A DNA stretch of 64,000 nt from contig CAWDMK010000009.1 of assembly GCA_963803455.1 (NCBI GenBank), positions 358-64,357 on the forward strand. Reading direction: 5' to 3'. The notes beneath the pieces are model-generated. The model saw nothing but the letters and a program-made list of their open reading frames with translations, made no database searches and was not told the DNA's origin. Positions 8,686 to 17,468 of the stretch are shown piece by piece. The stretch is from an uncultured Acidobacteriaceae bacterium. GTDB lineage: Bacteria > Acidobacteriota > Terriglobia > Bryobacterales > Bryobacteraceae. The first letter of the stretch is position 1. Every line of letters begins with the position of its first letter. The position numbers were made by a program, and so were the translations under genes.

Positions 8686-10234
8686 GTGAATCTGCCCCGA
8701 TGCAGCGGCGTCTTGCTGCACCCGACGTGCTTGCCGTCTCGCTACGGCATCGGCGATTTTGGGGCTGGAGCGTTCCGTTTTGTAGACCAACTCGCCGCCG
8801 CCGGCCAAACGATTTGGCAGATGTTGCCGCTCGGGCCGACCGGCTATGGCGACTCGCCATATCAGTTGTTCTCGGCTTTTGCAGGCAACCCTTTGTTCAT
8901 TAGCCTGGAGCCGCTTGTCCACTGGGAATTGCTGCGCAACAGCGATCTCGATGATCGCTCCGCAGTTTCCGCCCGACACTGTGGATTATGAGCGGGTAAG
9001 CGAGTGGAAGCTGCCCTTGCTCACCAAGGCTTATCGAGCTTTTCGGGGCCAGCGGTCTGTGACGGAGAGGCGGGCCTTCGAGAAGTTCTGCGCCGAGGAA
9101 GCGGACTGGCTGGACGACTACGCCCTCTTTACCGCGCTGAAGAATGCTTTTGGACCTGAAAAGGACTGGACTGCTTGGGATAGGGACCTGGTGACGCGCA
9201 AGCTCGAAGCCTTAAGCCGGTGGCGCGAAAAGCTCGCGGACGAAATCGACTGCCAGAAGTACTGGCAATTCGAGTTCTATCGTCAGTGGAATGCGCTTCG
9301 GAAGCACTCGCAGCAGCGCGGCCTGCGTCTGATGGGCGACATTCCTATCTACGTTGCTCACGACAGCAGCGATGTGTGGGCTCACCCGGAGCAGTTCTGC
9401 CTCGACGAACGAGGTAGACCGGCTGCAATCTCCGGAGTTCCGCCGGATTACTTCAGCGCCACGGGCCAGTTGTGGGGCAACCCGATCTACCGGTGGGCCG
9501 AGATGAAGCAGTCAGAATTCGCATGGTGGAGCGAACGCTTTCGCGCGATGTTCCGGCTGTTCGATATCGTGAGGCTCGATCATTTTCGCGGCTTTCAGGC
9601 CTACTGGGAAGTGCCTGCGGGCGAACACACGGCCATAAACGGCCGCTGGGTCGAGGGGCCGGGGCCCGCACTATTTCGAGCCGTGAAAAAACGGCTCGGT
9701 GAGCTCGAGATCGTGGCTGAGAATTTGGGGGTGATTACGCCTGAAGTAGAGGCGATGCGGCACGAGTTCGGATTCCCCGGGATGGCGATCCTGCAGTTTG
9801 CCTTCGGCGCTGACCCGCAGGCCTGCAGCTTCAGGCCGCACAACTATGATCGCGACGTGTTTGCCTATACCGGCACTCACGATAACGACACAGTAATGGG
9901 CTGGTGGAACAGCGAAGGCGGCGACAGCACTCGCAGTTCCGACGAGGTGCGAAGGGAGAAAGCATTCACGCTCGAGTATCTCGGCCCAAGCAGCGAGCCC
10001 ATGAACTGGAAAATGATTCGCACTCTGCTCGCGTCGGTTGCACGCGCCGCGATCATGCCAATGCAGGACATCCTCGGCCTGGGCAGCGAATCAAGAATGA
10101 ATAAGCCCGCTACTCTCGGCGGGAACTGGCGCTGGCGCATGCGCCGTGATGCATTCACGCAGGAGTATCAGGCGCGTCTTCGCCGGCTTACGGCCGCATA
10201 CGGCCGGATTCCAGCAGACTCCGAATCCTGCTGA
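8686..10234 (+). CDS. malQ: 4-alpha-glucanotransferase (amylomaltase, GH77), frameshifted near 8950
   Basis: The N-terminus CSGVLLHPTCLPSRYGIGDFG...GDSPYQLFSAFAGNPLFISLE is in ORF 8686..8991. The remainder (LDHFRGF, YTGTHDNDT) is in ORF 8846..10234. Confidence 0.85.
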
Positions 10235-11118
10235 TGGGCCCGCTCATTCGGCATTTCAGCGTCAAACGCATCAACGGCGGGAACTCCGAGCGGGTTCTGG
10301 ACAGCGTGGCGAATGAGGAGCCGCTCGAAATTCGCGTCAGTTACTGCTTCAAAGAGGCGCGCATAACCGGGAGCCTTGCGGTTACTATGCGGACGCCGGG
10401 TCACGATCGAGAACTTGCGGCAGGCTTTCTGCTATCCGAAGGAGTGATTCGCAGCCGGGAAGATCTTGTCGATATTCGCGCGCTTGGCACGCATCCGTCG
10501 AATGAAATTGTTGCCGAGCTCCAACCAAATGTCGATTTCGAAGACTGGCGAACTGCACGCGCGAGCGTTGTGAACTCGAGTTGCGGCATTTGCGGAAAGC
10601 GCACCCTCGAAGCGATTACGAGCCAAGTTTCTCGCCCCCTGAACACCCTACTGCGAATGGATCGGGCGCTGATTCCGACACTGCCGGAGTTGCTGCGAGA
10701 GCGTCAGGAGGGCTTCGCGAAAACAGGAGGTTTACATGCCGCGGCGTTAGTGAATCGAGCGGGCCAGATCGAAACCGTGTTTGAGGACATCGGCCGTCAC
10801 AACGCGCTGGACAAGCTGATCGGCGACTGCGTTCTGAACAATCGCATCCCGCTCGACGACGGCCTTCTGTTCCTGAGCAGCCGCAGCAGCTTCGAGCTGG
10901 TGCAAAAGGCCGTACTGGCGGGCGCCCCCGTCTTAGCCACGGTGGGAGGACCGTCCAGTTTCGCCATCGAAGCCGCGCGGAAATATGGGCTGACACTGAT
11001 CGGATTCATTCGCGATAACCATTTCAACATTTACTCGGGTGAGTGGCGGATAGACTCAGTAGAAGGTGAAGCTGCGGTTTCGGAACAACAGCCTGCGCGT
11101 CCGGGTAAACCGGCCTGA
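10234..11118 (+). CDS. fdhD: Formate dehydrogenase accessory sulfurtransferase FdhD
   Basis: NSSCGICGK, GGLHAAAL and EDIGRHNALDKLIG. Confidence 0.9.
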   Translation: MGPLIRHFSVKRINGGNSERVLDSVANEEPLEIRVSYCFKEARITGSLAVTMRTPGHDRELAAGFLLSEGVIRSREDLVDIRALGTHPSNEIVAELQPNVDFEDWRTARASVVNSSCGICGKRTLEAITSQVSRPLNTLLRMDRALIPTLPELLRERQEGFAKTGGLHAAALVNRAGQIETVFEDIGRHNALDKLIGDCVLNNRIPLDDGLLFLSSRSSFELVQKAVLAGAPVLATVGGPSSFAIEAARKYGLTLIGFIRDNHFNIYSGEWRIDSVEGEAAVSEQQPARPGKPA

Positions 11119-11434
11119 AGTCGAGGGCCTCGCAAAGGGTGCTGCTCTTGAAGAGCAGGTTTGCTTCCCCGGCGGCGAGTGTATCCGTTACGTGCTCGAA
11201 CCCTGCGTTGGCTCCGCCGCTCGAGCTTCTTTCGAAAACGGAACGATTCGCCTCTGCGCGCCCTACGAATTGGTTTGCAATTGGGCCGGGAATGAAAACA
11301 TCGGGATGTACTTCGATCTGCCGGCGAATGGCAGTAGTCTCAAAGTCGCCATAGAAAAGGACCTGGAATGCACGGAAGCGCCGGCGCAAGAGCAGGACCC
11401 GGACGCGTTTCCACGCCCTACACAAAAGTGCTGA
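11066..11434 (+). CDS. Conserved small hypothetical protein
   Basis: The 122-aa ORF starts MKLRFRNNSLRVRVNRPEVEGL, which resembles a conserved DUF family (recalled as DUF7009, unverified). It overlaps the fdhD tail by 53 nt. Confidence 0.5.
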   Translation: MKLRFRNNSLRVRVNRPEVEGLAKGAALEEQVCFPGGECIRYVLEPCVGSAARASFENGTIRLCAPYELVCNWAGNENIGMYFDLPANGSSLKVAIEKDLECTEAPAQEQDPDAFPRPTQKC

Positions 11435-11443
11435 GTTGCTAGC

Positions 11444-12355
11444 TTAGTGGCTATTTACGTCACGATGGCTGGCTTTTACCGTAAAGCCTGCCTTGCTCAA
11501 TCGTTTCTGAATCTCGTTCGCAATCAGCACGGAGCGGTGCTGCCCACCCGTGCACCCGAACGAGATTGTCAGATAACTTTTCCCTTCGCGGATGTAGTGG
11601 GGCAAAAGGTAAATCAGTAATTCCGAAATGCGATTGATAAATTCAACGGTCTGTGGGAAGGATCGAATGTATCGAGCCACTCTCGGGTGCCGCCCGCTAA
11701 GCTTCTTGAACTCCGGAATGTAATTTGGATTCGGAAGAAAGCGGACGTCGAATACGAGATCGCTGTCGGCCGGTATGCCATAACGGAAACCGAAGCTGTT
11801 CACATAAACCAAAATCTTTTTGGCATCCTGGGCGTCCTGAAACTTGCCCGTGATCAGCCGCCGCAGTTCGTGTACGTTCAATTTCGATGTGTCGATGTAA
11901 AGATCAGCCAGCGCTCGAATCGGAGCCAGCTGATCGCGCTCGTCTCGAATGCTGGTCAAGACCGTGGCTTCAGCGCCCAGCGGATGCGGACGCCGGGTCT
12001 CGCTGAACCTTCTCTGCAGAACGTCATCATCGGCATCCATAAATAGGAGCGTCGAGTTGACTTGCTTCTTCAACTCCCGGTACATCTTTGGAAATTGCTT
12101 CAGGTCTTCCCCTTCGCGAATGTCCACAACCAGCGCCGCGCGCCTGCGGCTTTTTGAATCGTGAGTCAGATCGGCGAATTTTGGGACCAGCGAAATCGGA
12201 AGATTATCGACTGCGTAGAATCCTGCATCCTCGAACGCATTCAGAGCAGTCAGCTTTCCGGAGCCGCTAATTCCCGTAATAATGACGAGATCGGGTTTCA
12301 AGGCATGGTCATCGCCTGAAGTGGCGGGTTTGGCCACGTGCTTCGGCTTCGGCAT
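11444..12355 (-). CDS. rapZ: RNase adapter / nucleotide-binding protein RapZ
   Basis: Walker A GISGSGKLTA and C-terminal FGCTGGQHRSV. The start is placed at MPKPKH (12355) to avoid overlapping hpf. Confidence 0.9.
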   Translation of the reverse strand: MPKPKHVAKPATSGDDHALKPDLVIITGISGSGKLTALNAFEDAGFYAVDNLPISLVPKFADLTHDSKSRRRAALVVDIREGEDLKQFPKMYRELKKQVNSTLLFMDADDDVLQRRFSETRRPHPLGAEATVLTSIRDERDQLAPIRALADLYIDTSKLNVHELRRLITGKFQDAQDAKKILVYVNSFGFRYGIPADSDLVFDVRFLPNPNYIPEFKKLSGRHPRVARYIRSFPQTVEFINRISELLIYLLPHYIREGKSYLTISFGCTGGQHRSVLIANEIQKRLSKAGFTVKASHRDVNSH

Positions 12356-12426
12356 TTGTAAAATCGCTCGCCGGAATTTTTCTACTGTTCGCGGCGAACG
12401 TTTACCAGTGTAACTAGTGCGGAAGA

Positions 12427-13006
12427 TTACGACTCGATCAGATCGAAGTTTCCATCCGGACGCCGGACTAACACCGAGAGGCAATCTCGATCAGAATCGC
12501 GATACACGACATAATCGGCTTGATTTTCCATTTCGATCATTGCTTCATCGAGGGTCATAGGCTTGCGGCCGTCGTAGTTTACGCGGAAAATCTTCGGTTT
12601 CCCTGCTATGACGCTCGCTCGCGGGCGCGGAGTTGCCGCTGGCGCTCTGCCGCGGGCCGGGGACCTCATTTCCCCAATCTTCCTTGCTCTCTCGAACGCT
12701 CTTCGGGTCGCGATGCGTATCACGCCACCGGCGGCGCAGCTTTACGACCTGCTTCTCGAGATTATCCACTGCCTGTTGAAACGCAACCGCAAGCTCCGCA
12801 TCCGCCGCCTCGCCTATCAGAGCGTGATCGTACACATTCGTCACGATCTCGACTTTATGAAGGTGCCGTTCCATACGATGCGTGACGTGGGCTTCGCGCT
12901 CGCCGCGCTGTTCTATCATCTTGCTCAGCTTCGCGAGCTTCGTTCCCACTTTCTTCTCAAGCTCAGGAGTGAACTCTTTTGTTTTGCCGGTATAGATGAG
13001 CTTCAT
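12427..13006 (-). CDS. hpf: Ribosome hibernation promoting factor (long HPF), frameshifted in the linker (about 12600-12700)
   Basis: The N-terminal domain MKLIYTGK...HKVEIV is in ORF 12545..13006. The C-terminal dimerisation domain KIFRVNYDGRKPMTLDEAMIEME...VLVRRPDGNFDLIES is in ORF 12427..12723. Confidence 0.85.
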
Positions 13007-13071
13007 CGTTCCCTCAAATAGATGGGCATGCGGAATGTCTTCCTGGCCGAACGCGATGGGTTCTGCGTTAT

Positions 13072-14649
13072 TCAGGCCCGCAGGCGGCGCTGGTGTGTCG
13101 ACGGGATTTTCATGTCCTCCCGATACTTTGCGACTGTACGCCGGGTGACTTGGATTCCCTCGGATTGCAAACGGACTGTTATCTGCTCATCGGTGAGCGG
13201 ATGCGAGGTATTCTCCTCTTCAATCATCTTTTTGACGCGGCGCTTTACGATCAACAGCGGTGTACCGCTCCCCGACGGTCCCTGAACGGCTTCCGAGAAG
13301 AAATACCGCAATTCGAACACACCCTGCGGCGTGTGCGCGTATTTGCTGGCTACTGCGCGGCTCACGGTCGACGGGTGTACTCCGATTTCTTCCGCTACCT
13401 CTTTGATCATCATGGGCCTTAAACGGTCGATGCCAAATTCCAGGAACTCGGGCTGCCTTCGCACAATGGTTTGGCAAACGCGCAGGATGGTTTGCTTTCT
13501 CTGCTCGATGTTTTTAATCAGTTGAAGGGCCGAGGCATAGCGCTCTTTCACATAGTTGCGCACGTCTTTGTTCGGCTCCTGCTCGCGGTCGATCATCCGC
13601 TTGTACTCGCCGTTGAGACGAAGCTGCGGAATATCGTCGTCATTCAAACTGATGACGTAATCGTCGCCATCTTTTGAGATGTAGACGTCTGGCTCAACCT
13701 GACGCGCACCCGCTCCCGAATACCTGAGCCCCGGCGCAGGATCGAGATGCCGAATGACATGGACTGCAATCTGGATGTGCTCGAGGGGCCGGCCCAAAAC
13801 GCGAGCCAGTTGCGACATTTGCCGCGTCTCGAGCAGCTTCAAATGGTCGTGAACGATTTTCCAGGCAACACTATCCCGTGACCCGCGCGCTTCGAGCTGC
13901 AGGAGCAGACATTCTCGCAGCGTAGTGGCGCCGATTCCGGTCGGGTCGAGCATCTGAACGGCCCGCAAGCCGGCTTGCATATCCTCAATGCCGATGCCTT
14001 CCGCCGCCGCAATCTCCTCGATTCGTGTAGTCAGATAGCCGCTTTCCTCGAGGTTGCCGATGATGCTGTTCGCAGCCTGCCGCACGGCGTCGGGCAATAC
14101 GGCCACGCTTAGCTGCGCTTCCAGGTGATCGCTTAAGGTAACCGGTGACGACAAAAACGTTTCAAACGAGGGCTTGTCAACCGGCTCTGAGGCTGGGCTC
14201 TTGAATCCGGGATCGAGATAATCGTCGAAAAATGTGCCGAAATCGATTTCATCGAAAGGGTCTGTTTCAGCCTTCGGTTCTTCAACCGCGGCGGCTGCGC
14301 CGGTCCCGTCGCTTGCGTTCTCCGGCAAAGCTATGGTGATGACCTCCCCGTCAGAGGCTAAATCTATTCCTTCAGTAGAATCCTCTGGCTCGGCTTTGTC
14401 GAGAATCGCCTGATCCGCCGGATCCGTCTGACGTTCGCGCTCGAGTAGCGCCTGCACTTCCTCGGGAGTCAATTCCTCCCCAGCCTCAGTTGCCTCCTCC
14501 AGCACGGGATTCTCGGCAATCTCGTTTAAGATCATGTCCTTCAGCTCCATCCGGTTGAGCTGGAGGACGGTGACCATTTGCACCAGGCCCGGCGTGAGTA
14601 TCTGCTTTTGCTGTACTCCTAAGTGCAGGCGTTGCGAAAGCGAACTCAT
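13072..14649 (-). CDS. rpoN: RNA polymerase sigma-54 factor
   Basis: N-terminal LGVQQKQILTPGLVQMVTVLQL, an acidic region II, and the RpoN box TRRTVAKYRE. Confidence 0.95.
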   Translation of the reverse strand: MSSLSQRLHLGVQQKQILTPGLVQMVTVLQLNRMELKDMILNEIAENPVLEEATEAGEELTPEEVQALLERERQTDPADQAILDKAEPEDSTEGIDLASDGEVITIALPENASDGTGAAAAVEEPKAETDPFDEIDFGTFFDDYLDPGFKSPASEPVDKPSFETFLSSPVTLSDHLEAQLSVAVLPDAVRQAANSIIGNLEESGYLTTRIEEIAAAEGIGIEDMQAGLRAVQMLDPTGIGATTLRECLLLQLEARGSRDSVAWKIVHDHLKLLETRQMSQLARVLGRPLEHIQIAVHVIRHLDPAPGLRYSGAGARQVEPDVYISKDGDDYVISLNDDDIPQLRLNGEYKRMIDREQEPNKDVRNYVKERYASALQLIKNIEQRKQTILRVCQTIVRRQPEFLEFGIDRLRPMMIKEVAEEIGVHPSTVSRAVASKYAHTPQGVFELRYFFSEAVQGPSGSGTPLLIVKRRVKKMIEEENTSHPLTDEQITVRLQSEGIQVTRRTVAKYREDMKIPSTHQRRLRA

Positions 14650-14867
14650 TTGGCTTCAGTGTAGCACCGGAAAACGCGTGTGCCGGACGAGAAGAAGGTG
14701 CCGAATCTAGCCGGTTTTTCGCAGTTTTAGGTGCTAATGCGGCACTCTGCTGAGCATGAGTCCGAGCCTAGCCGTGTCCTGAAACACAACACGTTTCGCA
14801 TGGGCGCACACCGGCCCAAACCCTGCTTTGTTGTCGTAGGATGTGTATAACGCCGTTGCAAATTCGA

Positions 14868-14951
14868 ATGGCAGATAATGGCGAAGAAATCATCCGCATC
14901 ATCTCGGCCCGTAAAGCTAGTCAGAGCGAGAGCCGAAGATATTTTAAGTAG
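14868..14951 (+). pseudogene. Remnant of the brnT toxin (only the last 27 codons)
   Basis: It reads MADNGEEIIRIISARKASQSESRRYFK*. The IRIISARKA...Y signature is the BrnT C-terminus, and the rest of the toxin is absent. It overlaps the 5' end of the brnA ORF in another frame. Confidence 0.55.
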
Positions 14952-15201
14952 ACCGCCAACGAAGCGGCAGAAGGAAGCGCTCGAGCGGGTACGCAACATC
15001 CCGGATTCCGAGATCGACTTTTCGGATATACCGCCTTTGAGTGAGGAACAACTCGCGTCAGCATTCCGCCGGGGCGCGAAAGAGCTCATTGCGGTGCGGC
15101 TGGACCGGGATGTCCTCACATGGCTGAAACAGTTCGGAACCGGCTACTCGATCCGCATTAACGGTATCTTGCGCACCGTAATGGAGCATCAGCGTCGATA
15201 G
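14878..15201 (+). CDS. brnA: BrnA-family antitoxin (DUF4415)
   Basis: DSEIDFSDIPPLSEEQL...ELIAVRLDRDVLTWLKQFGTGYSIRINGILR. The true start is uncertain because the 5' end overlaps the brnT remnant. Confidence 0.75.
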   Translation: MAKKSSASSRPVKLVRARAEDILSRPPTKRQKEALERVRNIPDSEIDFSDIPPLSEEQLASAFRRGAKELIAVRLDRDVLTWLKQFGTGYSIRINGILRTVMEHQRR

Positions 15202-15226
15202 CAGCCTGCGTATCGTGAGGGGAGAC

Positions 15227-16024
15227 TTAGCTGGCCAGGCCCGGCGGAAAGTAAAAGTTGTCCCCGAGATAGATCCGGCGCACTTCGGGATCGTTGCCCA
15301 GTGACTCGGGAGACCCCGCCCGGAAAATGCGGCCGCTGCTGATGATGTAAGCGCGATCCGTTACTGCCAGCGTCTCGCGCACGTTGTGGTCCGTAATCAA
15401 AACCCCGATGCCCTTCCGCTTGAGATCGCCGATGATGCGCTGCAACTCGAGCACCTGAATCGGATCGATGCCGGAAAACGGTTCATCCAACAGAATGAAA
15501 TCGGGCTGTAACACGAGTGACCGCGCAATCTCGACGCGCCGCCGCTCGCCGCCCGACAGCATGTAGCCTTTGCTGTGCCGCACGGTTTCGAGCCCCATGT
15601 CACTGATCAGATTCTTCATGCGCTCACGCCGCTCGCGCGCATTCAACGGCAACGTTTGCAGAATCGCCATCAGATTGTCTTCGACGCTGAGCTTTCGAAA
15701 GACCGATGGCTCCTGCGGAAGATAGCTGACCCCGCGGCGCGCCCGCAAGTACATGGGCAGCCGGGTCACGGGCTGATTGTCGAGGAGAACTTCTCCGGCT
15801 TCAGGGCTCACCAGCCCGACGATGATATAGAAAGAAGTCGTCTTGCCGGCGCCATTTGGCCCAAGCAGCCCAACTACCTCGCCCTGTTCCACTCGAACGG
15901 ATACGTTATCGACTACCCTGCGCCCGTTATAGGATTTCGAAATCTCAACCGTCTGCAGAGTTCGGATGCGCTGTGGGCTAGGCACTGATTCGTCTACACG
16001 GGCCGGGTTCAGTCTTCGGCCCAT
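15227..16024 (-). CDS. lptB: LPS export ABC transporter ATP-binding protein LptB
   Basis: Walker [10 protein letters not shown], signature LSGGERRR and Walker B ILLDEP. Its position next to rpoN-hpf-rapZ fits. Confidence 0.9.
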   Translation of the reverse strand: MGRRLNPARVDESVPSPQRIRTLQTVEISKSYNGRRVVDNVSVRVEQGEVVGLLGPNGAGKTTSFYIIVGLVSPEAGEVLLDNQPVTRLPMYLRARRGVSYLPQEPSVFRKLSVEDNLMAILQTLPLNARERRERMKNLISDMGLETVRHSKGYMLSGGERRRVEIARSLVLQPDFILLDEPFSGIDPIQVLELQRIIGDLKRKGIGVLITDHNVRETLAVTDRAYIISSGRIFRAGSPESLGNDPEVRRIYLGDNFYFPPGLAS

Positions 16025-16043
16025 GTCCTATCATACGCGGTGA

Positions 16044-17468
16044 ATGCGTTGGGCGATTCCGTCTCTTGTGGTGGTTATCGCCAGCCTTCGCCTCTGTCAT
16101 ATTCACTTGCTCTGGGCTGATGAAGACTACCATCTTGCGGCGGCAATCCATATCCTGAACGGGAAAATCCCTTACCGCGATTTCTGGTACGACAAGCCGC
16201 CTCTCTGCGCAGCATTTTACCTTCTCATCGGCGGATACTCCGGATGGCCGCTCCGGCTCTGGGATATTGCTTACGTTCTAGCGGCCTGCCGTCTCGCGTA
16301 CCTCCTCGCGCGCGACTGGTGGGGCGACGAAGTGGAAGGATACGCCGCCGCTCTCCTGGTTGCATTTTTCACGACCTTCTATTTACCATCTGCGGTCATT
16401 CCGTTCGCCGCGGACGCACTGATGCTCCTTCCCCATCTCGCGGCCATCTACTACATCCGTCGAAAGCGCGCCCTTTGGTCCGGAGTGTGGGCCGGAATCG
16501 CGTTTCTGGTAAACGCGAAGGCGCTTTTCGTACTCGCCACATGCGGCCTCATTCTCCTTCCGCAGTTGCTCGAGCTGCTCGCCGGGTTTGCTTTGCCGGT
16601 CGCCATCGGCGCGATCACCGCCCTCGCCTCCGGCGCCTGGGCCGACTACTACGAACAGGTGTGGCGCTGGGGTTTGATCTATGCAGAACGCTCGCCTGTG
16701 GTGAATCCTCTGAAGACGGGCCTGATCAGAACCCTCGACTGGACCGGCTTCCATTCGGCGCTAGTCGCGGGTGCAATTTACGGATGGTTCCGCGCTACTC
16801 GAACGGACCGCGCTCAGCTTCTCATCTGGATTGCGCTCTCATTCGCGGCGGTTTGCCTCGGCTTCAGATTTGCGCCTCATTACTTTCTCCAGGTGCTGCC
16901 GCCGCTCACCATCGCCGCATCTCACGGAGTCGTTTTGGCTCTCCGGAGATTTCCAAGGCCGGCGACGGTAGCGCTGGCCCTCCTTTTACTGGTCCCGCTG
17001 ATTCGCTTCGGCCCTCGCTATGCCTTGCTTGCGCTCGATAACTTATCTCATCGCGATCCTAATTGGTCCGACGTCATTATGGATTTAGACAGCCAGCACG
17101 CGGCGGCGAAAATCCGCACCTTGGCGCATCCCGGCGACACATTGTTCGTGTGGGGTTACCGGCCCGATCTCTACGTCTATACCCGCATGAGCTCCGATAG
17201 CCTCTTCTGGGATTCGCAGCCACTCACCGGCGTTCCAGCCGACCGGCACCTGTCAGCGACTAGCGCGATCTACGCCGGCCCTGCGGTTGCCAACCGTCAA
17301 GAACTGGCCCGGTCACATCCAACTTTTTTGGTCGACGGCTTAGGACTCCTCAATCCAAAGCTGCGCCTGGACACGTTTCCGGATCTCACGCGCTGGGAGG
17401 CCTCGTATGCGCCCGTCGCGCGTACGAAACTTTGCTTGATCTACCGCAGAGTGGATGCGCGGCGCTGA
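16044..17468 (+). CDS. Polytopic membrane protein, GT-C (ArnT/PMT-like) glycosyltransferase candidate
   Basis: It has at least 9 hydrophobic helices. The first loop, ADEDYHLAAAIHILNGKIPYRDFWYDKPPL, resembles the acidic loop of GT39/GT83 enzymes. Confidence 0.5.
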   Translation: MRWAIPSLVVVIASLRLCHIHLLWADEDYHLAAAIHILNGKIPYRDFWYDKPPLCAAFYLLIGGYSGWPLRLWDIAYVLAACRLAYLLARDWWGDEVEGYAAALLVAFFTTFYLPSAVIPFAADALMLLPHLAAIYYIRRKRALWSGVWAGIAFLVNAKALFVLATCGLILLPQLLELLAGFALPVAIGAITALASGAWADYYEQVWRWGLIYAERSPVVNPLKTGLIRTLDWTGFHSALVAGAIYGWFRATRTDRAQLLIWIALSFAAVCLGFRFAPHYFLQVLPPLTIAASHGVVLALRRFPRPATVALALLLLVPLIRFGPRYALLALDNLSHRDPNWSDVIMDLDSQHAAAKIRTLAHPGDTLFVWGYRPDLYVYTRMSSDSLFWDSQPLTGVPADRHLSATSAIYAGPAVANRQELARSHPTFLVDGLGLLNPKLRLDTFPDLTRWEASYAPVARTKLCLIYRRVDARR

